From contig JACPWU010000030.1 in assembly GCA_016196885.1 (NCBI GenBank), positions 1 through 13,732 of the forward strand: a stretch of DNA of 13,732 bases. The letters are read 5' to 3'. The notes under the pieces were generated by a model that ran no database searches, was not told the origin of the DNA, and saw nothing but the letters and a program-made list of their open reading frames with translations. Origin of the DNA: Chlamydiota bacterium. Its GTDB lineage: Bacteria > Auribacterota > JACPWU01. This document shows, piece after piece, positions 1 through 6,831 of this stretch (position 1 is its first letter; each line of letters begins with the position of its first letter). A program made the position numbers and the translations under genes.

Positions 1-10
1 AATCACCCTT

Positions 11-83
11 GTAGTCGCCCCATTTATGGGGCGGTCTATGACATTGGGGCATTGGGCATTGCCCGATAAATCGGGCGACTACA
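11..83 (-). repeat. Composite palindromic repeat, copy 1. It is inverted relative to the other copies: H2 hairpin, then H1 hairpin.
   Basis: GTAGTCGCCCCATTTATGGGGCG (11-33) and GCCCGATAAATCGGGCGACTACA (61-83) are the reverse complements of the H2 and H1 modules seen in the other six loci. The outer ends GTAGTCGCC / GGCGACTAC are mutually inverted. A degenerate terminal-IR-like AGTCATCATGAGTCAT follows at 84-99. Confidence 0.8.
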
Positions 84-141
84 AGTCATCATGAGTCATT
101 GTATAAGAAAGAGTAAAGACTATTTTCAGATGAAATGCGGG

Positions 142-1425
142 TTAAGGCAAGAGTTTGACAAGCAAATTGAAGGTTTTCTCAAGGGCCCCTTGATGCCAGG
201 ATAAAATTTCTTTGGCTTTGGCACCCAGGCGTTCCCGTTCTGAAGGAGAATTCAGTAGAGCATGAAGGGTTTCTTTTAGGAGAGCTGCATCTGTGACTTG
301 AATGGCCCCGCCCCATTCCGTAAAGGTGCTGGCCATGTCTTCAAAATTTTCCATGTGAGGGCCAAAAACAATGGGCTTTCCGAAACGCGCCGGCTCCAGA
401 AAATTTTGCCCCCCTTTGCGGGTCAGGCTTTTCCCGATAAAAACGACATCTGCAATGGAATAAATTTTTTCCAACTCTCCAACGGTGTCTACCACCAAAA
501 CATGATGAGAAGTTTGTAATTGAATCTTGGTTCTAAATTGAAAAGACAATCCTTTTTCTAAGAGCAGCTGGGCGACCTCATGGGAACGTTCAGGGTGCCG
601 AGGCACAAGAATCAAATAGAGTTGAGGAAAAACTTTTGCCAAATCTTGATAAATCTCTACGAGAATTTCTTCTTCCCCTGAATGCGTGCTGCCCGCCAAC
701 AAAATCAGAACACCTTGTGAAAATCCCAATTCTTCACGAAGAACATTTTTTTCAGACTCTTCCAGTGGCTCAAAATCATCTTTCTCATATTTTAAATTGC
801 CGACGACATGAACCCTGTTAGATTCAGCTCCCAGAAGCATCATTTTATTGGCCTCTTTGGCCGTAGGCCCCGTCATCAAAGAAAGCCCTTCGATAAAAGG
901 GGTGACAAAAAAACGGGCCTTTTGAAATTTTCGAAAGGAACGCAAGGACATTCGAACATTGATCAAAGCCACAGGAATTCTCTTGCGATAAACTTGCGAT
1001 AAAAAATTGGCCCATAACTCGCTCTCGGCCAAAACCACAAGACTCGGGTGAATCACATGAATGGCCCATGCGACCGAAAAATAGAAATCGAGGGGAAAAT
1101 AAAGAAGGGTGATGGAGTCCGCTAAATTTTCTTTTGCGATACGATTTCCAGTTCTCGTCACCGTGGTTAAAACAAGGTGATATTGAGGCTTTTCCTCCTG
1201 AAATTTCCTCAGCAAGGGAAGAATCGCCTTTACTTCGCCAACAGAGGCCGCATGAAACCAAATGGTTTTTCGCTTTTCTAGTTCTCTCACAATCGAAAAA
1301 GGGTAAAACCCCAACCTCATGGGAAGCCCTTCCCGCCATTTATCAGAAGAGATTAATTTGTACAAAAAATAAGGACTGGCGATGAGAAAAGAGATACAAA
1401 AGAGAATGTTGTACAGGATAAGCAT
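142..1425 (-). CDS. waaA: 3-deoxy-D-manno-octulosonic acid (Kdo) transferase, WaaA/KdtA
   Basis: Hallmark N-terminal motif IWFHAASVGEVKAILPLL, an LVLTTVTRTGNRIA segment, and C-terminal GGQNFLEPARFGKPIVFGPHMENFEDM. The track start at 1479 is a TTG. ATG at 1425 gives 427 aa starting MLILYNILF..., the hydrophobic N-terminus and length typical of WaaA. Confidence 0.9.
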   Translation of the reverse strand: MLILYNILFCISFLIASPYFLYKLISSDKWREGLPMRLGFYPFSIVRELEKRKTIWFHAASVGEVKAILPLLRKFQEEKPQYHLVLTTVTRTGNRIAKENLADSITLLYFPLDFYFSVAWAIHVIHPSLVVLAESELWANFLSQVYRKRIPVALINVRMSLRSFRKFQKARFFVTPFIEGLSLMTGPTAKEANKMMLLGAESNRVHVVGNLKYEKDDFEPLEESEKNVLREELGFSQGVLILLAGSTHSGEEEILVEIYQDLAKVFPQLYLILVPRHPERSHEVAQLLLEKGLSFQFRTKIQLQTSHHVLVVDTVGELEKIYSIADVVFIGKSLTRKGGQNFLEPARFGKPIVFGPHMENFEDMASTFTEWGGAIQVTDAALLKETLHALLNSPSERERLGAKAKEILSWHQGALEKTFNLLVKLLP

Positions 1426-1494
1426 AGTCTTATCGTCGTTCGTTGTTTGTCGTTTGTTTTTACGAAATACGAATGACAAACGACGAACGACTCA

Positions 1495-1704
1495 TTAAGC
1501 CCTAGGATGTGTTCCAATAAAATCTCTCATAAGGCCATATTCCCACATGGTCTCGACGCTGGCGACAGCGGCCCGCAATTCTACCGCAATCAATGGAATG
1601 CCTGCCAGAGAAATAATGATATCGGCGTTAATCACCAGTCCTTTGTCCAAAACCCGATCCAATAAATCTACGAGCGTCGCTCGACCTTGACGTGTGGGTT
1701 CCAT
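1495..1704 (-). CDS. GvpA-family gas vesicle protein (GvpJ/M/S-like minor paralogue)
   Basis: Core TLVDLLDRVLDKGLVINADIIISLAGIPLIAVELRAAVASVET matches the GvpA/J/M fold signature. ATG at 1704 is preceded by GGAGCGGAG-CAACAG. The upstream in-frame ATG at 1722 (75 aa) has no SD and lies in an AT-rich spacer, so the start is 1704 or 1722. Confidence 0.85.
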   Translation of the reverse strand: MEPTRQGRATLVDLLDRVLDKGLVINADIIISLAGIPLIAVELRAAVASVETMWEYGLMRDFIGTHPRA

Positions 1705-1776
1705 CTGTTGCTCCGCTCCCATTTATAATTAAAAATTAAGGAAAAGTTTATTTATTTTTAATTGATTCATTTGCCC

Positions 1777-2547
1777 TCAGGCAAATGAATAGGGTGGCCA
1801 AGGCCCTGTGAAACGAACGTCAAAACCTTGGATTTTCCCGATCTTTTCCAGTTCTCTCCCGAGAAGCACCACTTCGTCTTTCTCTTGCAGGCAGGAGAGA
1901 TTCATGATCATTTGTTTGGGTGGATTCTCTCGTCTGACTTTTTCGACATGGATTTCTTCAACACAATTGCGGATGCGCTGATAAAAATCCTTAAAATAGA
2001 CATTGGCCGCTTCTTCCAGTCGCTTTTTAATGATTTCAGCAAGTTTTCGTTCCAAAAGATAAGCGACCCCTTTGGGTTTGGACTGGATTTCCTTCTCCAG
2101 ATCCTGAATTTCTTTGTCATTGTGTCTAATTTTGGGAAGAACGATCGTAGGATCCCATATCACCTGTACACCATATTCCGCTTTACTTTTTAAACGCATC
2201 AATTTTCCACGAAGCTCTTCAGATTCTCTTTCCATCCAACCTTTAAGATTTTCACCCGCGGTCTTTCCGTCCATTGGCCGAATCACCATTCCAAAACTAA
2301 ATGGAAGAACAGTCTCATAACGCTCCCAGGCAATATCCACCACACTTTGATGAATCAAGAGCCCATCTGCAAGGACCTTTTGATCTTCAGATTGAATGGA
2401 CTTGGCCTCGCATTCCTCAACAACTGCAATCAGGCCTCGATGCAAAAGGGCCATGACAGGTTGTCCCCCAAGACCCCGAAGTTCCAGAGGTTCTTCCTGA
2501 TTCCCTTGGGCGAGACAATAGATATAAAGACCTTTATCGGTCATCAT
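1777..2547 (-). CDS. GvpF/GvpL family gas vesicle protein (paralogue 4)
   Basis: N-terminus GLYIYCLAQG..., LPFSFGMV, and C-terminal FDVRFTGPWPPYSFA are typical of GvpF/L. The track start at 2559 is a TTG that lies inside the RBS. ATG at 2547 follows GGAGGGAAAA. Confidence 0.85.
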   Translation of the reverse strand: MMTDKGLYIYCLAQGNQEEPLELRGLGGQPVMALLHRGLIAVVEECEAKSIQSEDQKVLADGLLIHQSVVDIAWERYETVLPFSFGMVIRPMDGKTAGENLKGWMERESEELRGKLMRLKSKAEYGVQVIWDPTIVLPKIRHNDKEIQDLEKEIQSKPKGVAYLLERKLAEIIKKRLEEAANVYFKDFYQRIRNCVEEIHVEKVRRENPPKQMIMNLSCLQEKDEVVLLGRELEKIGKIQGFDVRFTGPWPPYSFA

Positions 2548-2565
2548 TTTTCCCTCCAAATCAGA

Positions 2566-2635
2566 TCACTGTGCACGGCCCCATGAATGGGCGGCTACAT
2601 AATGGACGACACCTTTGAGTCAAGTGCATATGCCT
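2566..2635 (+). repeat. Composite palindromic repeat, copy 2. Right half only: H2 hairpin plus right terminal IR.
   Basis: GCCCCATGAATGGGCGGCTACA (2578-2599), then AATGGACGACACCTTTG, then AGTCAAGTGCATATGCCT (2618-2635). It fills the gvpK / gvpF-L gap and overlaps the last codons of gvpK. Confidence 0.8.
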
Positions 2636-2958
2636 TTTTCCTTATTCGTTTGGCGAGATGGAGCAATGCCATAAGGATCCGTTAAGCCTTGAACCATTGA
2701 ATCCACCCAATCATCTAATCCTTCCCGAACAGAACGAACAGCCTCCGTGACCCCCTGCTCTTCTTTCAAATGCTCAATCGCCTTATCCAACTCCATGAGG
2801 GTCACTCCAAGCCGATTGATTTCGTCTTCCGTAAGACTTCCCCCTTCCATTCTTTTAAGGGCTTGAATCCTCAAGGTGTCTCGAATCACCTCCACAATGG
2901 CCAAAACCAGGCCGAAGAGACCCTGTTTTAAATCTTTATCGTTCATTTCAAGTTTCAT
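2620..2958 (-). CDS. gvpK: Gas vesicle protein GvpK
   Basis: GLFGLVLAIVEVIRDTLRIQALKRMEGGSLTEDEINRLGVTLMELDKAIEHLKEE matches the conserved GvpK core. ATG start at 2958. The last four codons and the TGA stop lie inside repeat copy 2. Confidence 0.85.
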   Translation of the reverse strand: MKLEMNDKDLKQGLFGLVLAIVEVIRDTLRIQALKRMEGGSLTEDEINRLGVTLMELDKAIEHLKEEQGVTEAVRSVREGLDDWVDSMVQGLTDPYGIAPSRQTNKEKGICT

Positions 2959-2970
2959 GATGAGGTTGAC

Positions 2971-3153
2971 TTACCTCCCTTTCTTTCCAAACCTTCGATT
3001 CATTTCCTCTCGAATTTTTTTTATTCGACCCCCAAATATTTTGCTATTCTGGGCTTTTTGAAAGAAGGAACCAAAACCCGGAATCACCTTGCCAACCTTC
3101 TTCAAAATTTCATCCGCGACATCTTCTTTGTCTTTCTTATTCTCTTCAGACAT
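2971..3153 (-). CDS. Hypothetical small basic protein (60 aa) in the gvp operon
   Basis: ATG at 3153 is preceded by GGAGG with a 5-nt spacer. The track start at 3225 is a TTG whose extension would read through the left arm of repeat copy 3. The product MSEENKKDKEDV...PGFGSFFQK...GKKGR is charged with a Gly/Phe patch. I recognise no family. Confidence 0.5.
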   Translation of the reverse strand: MSEENKKDKEDVADEILKKVGKVIPGFGSFFQKAQNSKIFGGRIKKIREEMNRRFGKKGR

Positions 3154-3187
3154 GAATACCTCCTTTTTCAGCCTATGTGTTCCTATA

Positions 3188-3334
3188 AGGCTATGCAGTT
3201 GACTCAAGTACCTTTGGTCCGTCAAGTGTAGCCGCCCGATTTATCGGGCAAATCCATGCAAGGGGCAAGGCGCATTGCCCCATGAATGGGGCGACTACAA
3301 ATGAACGACATCTTTAAGTCAAGTGCATATGCCT
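3188..3334 (+). repeat. Composite palindromic repeat, copy 3 (full element, 147 bp)
   Basis: Left IR AGGCTATGCAGTTGACT (3188-3204). H1 TGTAGCCGCCCGATTTATCGGGC (3227-3249). Spacer AAATCCATGCAAGGGGCAAGGCGCATT. H2 GCCCCATGAATGGGGCGACTACA (3277-3299). Right IR AGTCAAGTGCATATGCCT (3317-3334). Confidence 0.85.
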
Positions 3335-3356
3335 ATATTCCTAACCTCCGACACTT

Positions 3357-3587
3357 CTATACTTTTTGTTCTGGAACCGGATGAGCTACCCTCATATCCG
3401 AGGGAAAGGCCAAACCCCATTTTGCCGCTGTTTCAAACGAGGCCAAGGCGGCCCGAATCTTAATGGAAAGAAGTTCCACATCGCAAAGTAAAATCACAAT
3501 ATCCGCGTTGATCACAAGCCCCTTATCGAGGATGCGCTCCACCACATCAGCCAATGAGTCTCCCTTTGTCGCGTGAGTGAATGGCAT
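3357..3587 (-). CDS. GvpA-family gas vesicle protein (GvpJ/M/S-like minor paralogue)
   Basis: SLADVVERILDKGLVINADIVILLCDVELLSIKIRAALASFET matches the GvpA-family core. ATG at 3587 immediately follows the TAA of the upstream gene (GAGGAGGCATAAATG), which suggests translational coupling. Confidence 0.85.
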   Translation of the reverse strand: MPFTHATKGDSLADVVERILDKGLVINADIVILLCDVELLSIKIRAALASFETAAKWGLAFPSDMRVAHPVPEQKV

Positions 3588-3839
3588 TTATGCCTCCTCA
3601 GGTCCAAAACCGGTGACATTAAACCCTTCATCCAGCGAAATCACATAACGGTTTTTATCAAAAATGGTCGGGTGACCCAATTTTTTCAGGTACTCGTTTT
3701 CTTCGGTCACTTCAATCGTTCCTTCCCATCCCATATCCGACTTCGCCAATTTCAAAACACGAATGGAGGCCGGATCCTTACCCAGCTCTTCCTGAACGAA
3801 TCCCGTGACCTTTACCTTCGCCTCATGAATATCAGACAT
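3588..3839 (-). CDS. gvpO: GvpO/GvpR-like gas vesicle protein
   Basis: Small acidic protein. MGWEGTIEVTEENEY...RYVISLDEGFNVTGF resembles the GvpO-family core (GW-x-V-x-VEV..., ...Y-x-V-x-LD). RBS AAGGAGGG lies 4 nt upstream of the ATG at 3839. Assigned from memory of the family signature. Confidence 0.6.
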   Translation of the reverse strand: MSDIHEAKVKVTGFVQEELGKDPASIRVLKLAKSDMGWEGTIEVTEENEYLKKLGHPTIFDKNRYVISLDEGFNVTGFGPEEA

Positions 3840-3854
3840 GAAACCCTCCTTCTC

Positions 3855-4112
3855 TTACAATTCTTCATCATTTGACTCTTCCCCCTCTTCTTCGACGGGT
3901 TCCTGACTCCTTTTGTCTATCTCATCCAGAATCCCCAAAATCTCCTTTTCCTTTAAATTATATTCTTCCTCCCCTATTTCACCCATATCCAATTTTGATT
4001 GGAGCAAAAGAAGACGCTCCATCACTTTCTCTCGGCTGCCGTATAATTCATCCTCGGCCATATCCTTAATCTTCTTGCCAAGCCAAATCGCCAAATCATC
4101 AAAGAAAAACAT
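3855..4112 (-). CDS. gvpG: Gas vesicle protein GvpG
   Basis: MFFFDDLAIWLGKKIKDMAEDELY...LLLLQSKLDMGEIGEEEYNLKEKEIL is the typical GvpG pattern (hydrophobic N-terminus, ELY, GEI-x-EEEY), followed by an acidic tail. Confidence 0.85.
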   Translation of the reverse strand: MFFFDDLAIWLGKKIKDMAEDELYGSREKVMERLLLLQSKLDMGEIGEEEYNLKEKEILGILDEIDKRSQEPVEEEGEESNDEEL

Positions 4113-4116
4113 GATT

Positions 4117-4926
4117 TTAAGACCTTTCGATCAGTTCCGCCTTCGACTGGAATTTTCCGCCTTCCTCCTCCAACTGAATGACAATCTCAACAAAGTTAAA
4201 GGGCGGAATAGGGCCCACATACTTAAACTGAATCTGGGAACCGTACCTGCCTTCTAGGTTGTTCACGACCTCATCAAAAGAGGCCTGTTTTTCATCCTCT
4301 ACAAGGAATGCAACATTCATAATATTGACATCCCCCAAAACATTTTGTTTTTTATGTTGAACAGCCCAAGGGGCAAGTTCATGGATCAGCGTTTCAGCCA
4401 TTTGAATGTTCTTCTCCTCCAAGGCCTCTTTCACCACATGCCCCACATCAATCAGAGCGGTGTGCCTTTCCTGTAAAGCCATTTTCATAATCTTCTCTTT
4501 AGCGGCAATCACCTTTTCGTTTTCCTGACTTAATTTTGAGAAAACCTCCTCCAGATTTTTCCACCTCGCCCTGAGGCCCAGCTCACTCTTACCTTGAATC
4601 TTTGCAAAGGTCTCCTGAAACTCCCTCACCTTCTCCTGACGCTTTAAAACCTGACGGACAATCTGATCCTTCGTCTCAGCCAGGGTGCAAAATTTCACGG
4701 GGAGCACCGGCTGAATTTGCATCACCTTTTCATTGACCAACTGATGAGCCATTAAAAAATCACGCGTCAGGTGATATTTCTTCATGGGCTCTTCTGAGAC
4801 CACAGCCGCAAAATCCCCATCGCTTACAACCTCAATCGCACTCGTGCCGTGAATCCCCTGAGCTTCAATCTTCAGAGGCGCTTTATTTTCAATCACGCAA
4901 TAGACCCAAAATCCCATCTTTTCCAT
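4117..4926 (-). CDS. GvpF/GvpL family gas vesicle protein (paralogue 3)
   Basis: MEKMGFWVYCVIEN..., LPVKFCTL, and C-terminal IQFKYVGPIPPFNFV. The track start at 4950 is a GTG. ATG at 4926 is preceded by AAGGAG with an 8-nt spacer. Confidence 0.85.
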   Translation of the reverse strand: MEKMGFWVYCVIENKAPLKIEAQGIHGTSAIEVVSDGDFAAVVSEEPMKKYHLTRDFLMAHQLVNEKVMQIQPVLPVKFCTLAETKDQIVRQVLKRQEKVREFQETFAKIQGKSELGLRARWKNLEEVFSKLSQENEKVIAAKEKIMKMALQERHTALIDVGHVVKEALEEKNIQMAETLIHELAPWAVQHKKQNVLGDVNIMNVAFLVEDEKQASFDEVVNNLEGRYGSQIQFKYVGPIPPFNFVEIVIQLEEEGGKFQSKAELIERS

Positions 4927-4950
4927 AACATCAGCTCCTTCATTAACCAC

Positions 4951-5058
4951 TGCCCCATAAATGAGGCGACTACATCACGATTCACTACCTGCCCCATGAA
5001 TGGGGCGACTACAATGGCCTGCTACTTGTAGTCGCCCGATTTATCGGGCAATCCATGC
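4951..5058 (+). repeat. Composite palindromic repeat, copy 4 (rearranged order H2, H2, H1)
   Basis: GCCCCATAAATGAGGCGACTACA (4952-4974), GCCCCATGAATGGGGCGACTACA (4991-5013), TGTAGTCGCCCGATTTATCGGGC (5027-5049), followed by AATCCATGC as in the other copies. There are no terminal IRs. Confidence 0.8.
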
Positions 5059-5065
5059 TACGCAG

Positions 5066-5812
5066 CTATTCATTCCAATGTAGTTGCAGGGTTACAAAAC
5101 TAAAGGGGGCCATGGGCCCCACCGATTTGACGTCCAGCCTGTCCCCAAATTTCTCAGCCAATTTTTCAGCGGATTGATCAAATTCCTTGAGCCAATCCTT
5201 ATCAATTAAAAAGGCTTCATGGATGACAACCTCATCGGCCCCAGACTCCATCGTTTTAGAGCCCTTTGCCAATTTTTTAAACGGCACGAGATAGCCTTCA
5301 CCCTCTGCCGCCTTTTTTTTCTCCAACGCAGCCGCTACCAGTTCCCCCGCGTGAATGAGGTCTCTTTGAGTTTGAGGGGGTTTAGCGGATTTCAAGTCTC
5401 GAATCTTTCGATTCTCCTGGGCAATTTCTTGATAAATTTTCTTCATGTCTTTCCAACGAACCTTGATGTCCATTTCAACTTTTCCATCCATATCTCTCAA
5501 AAGATCCGTCAACTCCTTCGAATTCCTTTCCAAAAATGAAATAATTTCGTCTGAGGTATCGGCCACCGTGCAGAAACGCATCGGAAGAATATTATATAAC
5601 TCCATCACCTTCTCGATCACCTTCATGTGGGCGGTCATATTTTCTCTGGAAAGGACGTAATGATCCATCGAGGCATTGCTCACCACGGCCGCTAGGCCCT
5701 CAGAACCAAGGGTCATCACCTCGTCCGATTGCCCCCCAATCCCAATGGGGCCAAAATTCTCAGCCCCATTGCTGGAAATAATCCCGTAAATATATTTTCC
5801 CACATGCTTCAT
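5066..5812 (-). CDS. GvpF/GvpL family gas vesicle protein (paralogue 2)
   Basis: MKHVGKYIYGIISSNGAENFGPIG..., LPMRFCTV, and C-terminal LDVKSVGPMAPFSFV. ATG at 5812. Confidence 0.85.
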   Translation of the reverse strand: MKHVGKYIYGIISSNGAENFGPIGIGGQSDEVMTLGSEGLAAVVSNASMDHYVLSRENMTAHMKVIEKVMELYNILPMRFCTVADTSDEIISFLERNSKELTDLLRDMDGKVEMDIKVRWKDMKKIYQEIAQENRKIRDLKSAKPPQTQRDLIHAGELVAAALEKKKAAEGEGYLVPFKKLAKGSKTMESGADEVVIHEAFLIDKDWLKEFDQSAEKLAEKFGDRLDVKSVGPMAPFSFVTLQLHWNE

Positions 5813-5815
5813 AAC

Positions 5816-6820
5816 CTAACCCTTTCCATTGATTTGAAACAAGTCCACCTTCCAGGGCTGACGACCTCCCTGACAGTAATCTAGCAGCAGGTCATACGCC
5901 TCGTGAATTTTTTGGAATTCCTGATCGTCCAATTCGGGATGAATGTCCGGATGGCATTTCCGTGATTTCTCTTTATAGGCGTGTTTCACCGTTTCCAAAT
6001 TTTGATCGCCTTCCAAACCTAACACCTCCTTCGCCCGGCGGATCTCTCGCTCCTCAAATTCCTTGACCAAAATCATAGAAAAACTATAAAGCGGCAGAGG
6101 TCCAATGCAACGAAAATTAAATTTTCCCCCACATATCCGATCCAGATGCTCGACGGTCTTAAAAAACGAATCCTCCTGGCCATTTTTGAGCAAAAAGGAG
6201 GCGTTTAAAACCATGTCGTCATTCATCGTGTCATGTAAGGCGCTCTCTTGACTCACTTTTTTTAAGGAAAACAGAATCTCGTCAGCCCATTGATTCGCAT
6301 AGTCCTTTAATTTTGCCGCTAGGCTCATCCCCAAGGCAATCTTTTCATCCTTTTCTCTCTCAGGCGAAAATGTTTGAATCGCTTTTATCCGACTTTCAAT
6401 TTCTGGATCGCCTTCAGCCATTCCTTTTAGAACCTCCCTGGAATCCCAAGTGACCACGACATCCGTCTCGAAACAATCCTTCATCTTTGAAATCCACTCC
6501 TCAAGACGCCTCTCGTTTTGTAAAAGGACCGCACGTACTTCTTCCTGATCCCTTAAGACAGTCCCAAATTTGCACGGGAGAATAAATTGGCTCTTCATAA
6601 TCATCTCCAGCGTCTCCTGATGCGTTAATAAGGTCTTGACCAATCTTTCTTTGCTCAAAAGTCCGAAATCTTCCTCAGGCGCGGGTCCAATCACGGCGGC
6701 AATATTTCGACTGGGCAGAGCTTCAACCTTTCCCCTTCCAAAGTCCGCTGTTTCAAAACCGATTGCGCCAAAGTCTTTTAACGCGTTCGATTCAACAATC
6801 CCGTAAAGATAAGAACGCAT
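5816..6820 (-). CDS. GvpF/GvpL-family domain fused to a C-terminal DnaJ-type J-domain
   Basis: Residues 1-250 look like GvpF/L (SYLYGIVESNALKDFGAIG, LPCKFGTV, FNFRCIGPLPLYSF). Residues ~258-316 read AKEVLGLEGDQNLETVKHAYKEKSRKCHPDIHPELDDQEFQKIHEAYDLLLDY, a J-domain with HPD encoded at 5945-5953 (CAT CCG GAC on the minus strand). Confidence 0.85.
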   Translation of the reverse strand: MRSYLYGIVESNALKDFGAIGFETADFGRGKVEALPSRNIAAVIGPAPEEDFGLLSKERLVKTLLTHQETLEMIMKSQFILPCKFGTVLRDQEEVRAVLLQNERRLEEWISKMKDCFETDVVVTWDSREVLKGMAEGDPEIESRIKAIQTFSPEREKDEKIALGMSLAAKLKDYANQWADEILFSLKKVSQESALHDTMNDDMVLNASFLLKNGQEDSFFKTVEHLDRICGGKFNFRCIGPLPLYSFSMILVKEFEEREIRRAKEVLGLEGDQNLETVKHAYKEKSRKCHPDIHPELDDQEFQKIHEAYDLLLDYCQGGRQPWKVDLFQINGKG

Positions 6821-6831
6821 ATCTTAACCTC

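Noticed and set aside
1435-1491. Imperfect inverted repeat GTCGTTCG(ttgtttg)TCGTTTG ... CAAACGACGAACGAC between the last gvpA-family gene and waaA, considered as a terminator
   Set aside because: The stem has a 7-nt bulge and a 20-nt loop, and no U-tract follows on the sense strand. The region is low-complexity (CGTT/TGTT). I cannot call it a terminator from sequence alone.
3294-3323. A sigma-70-like promoter inside the elements on the sense strand: TTGACT, a 17-nt spacer, then TGTAGT (also at 9187-9216 and, with an 18-nt spacer, 2594-2624)
   Set aside because: The -10 candidate lacks the critical A at position 2 and lies inside the H2 stem. The constant spacing only reflects conservation of the repeat itself. 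It is worth a reporter test but is not supportable from sequence.
3317-3334. The terminal IR motif AGGCATATGCACTTGA(C) read on the minus strand as a sigma-54 -24/-12 element
   Set aside because: The GG-to-TTG spacing is one nucleotide too long, and the -12 position reads GA rather than GC. The motif is explained as an inverted-repeat arm.
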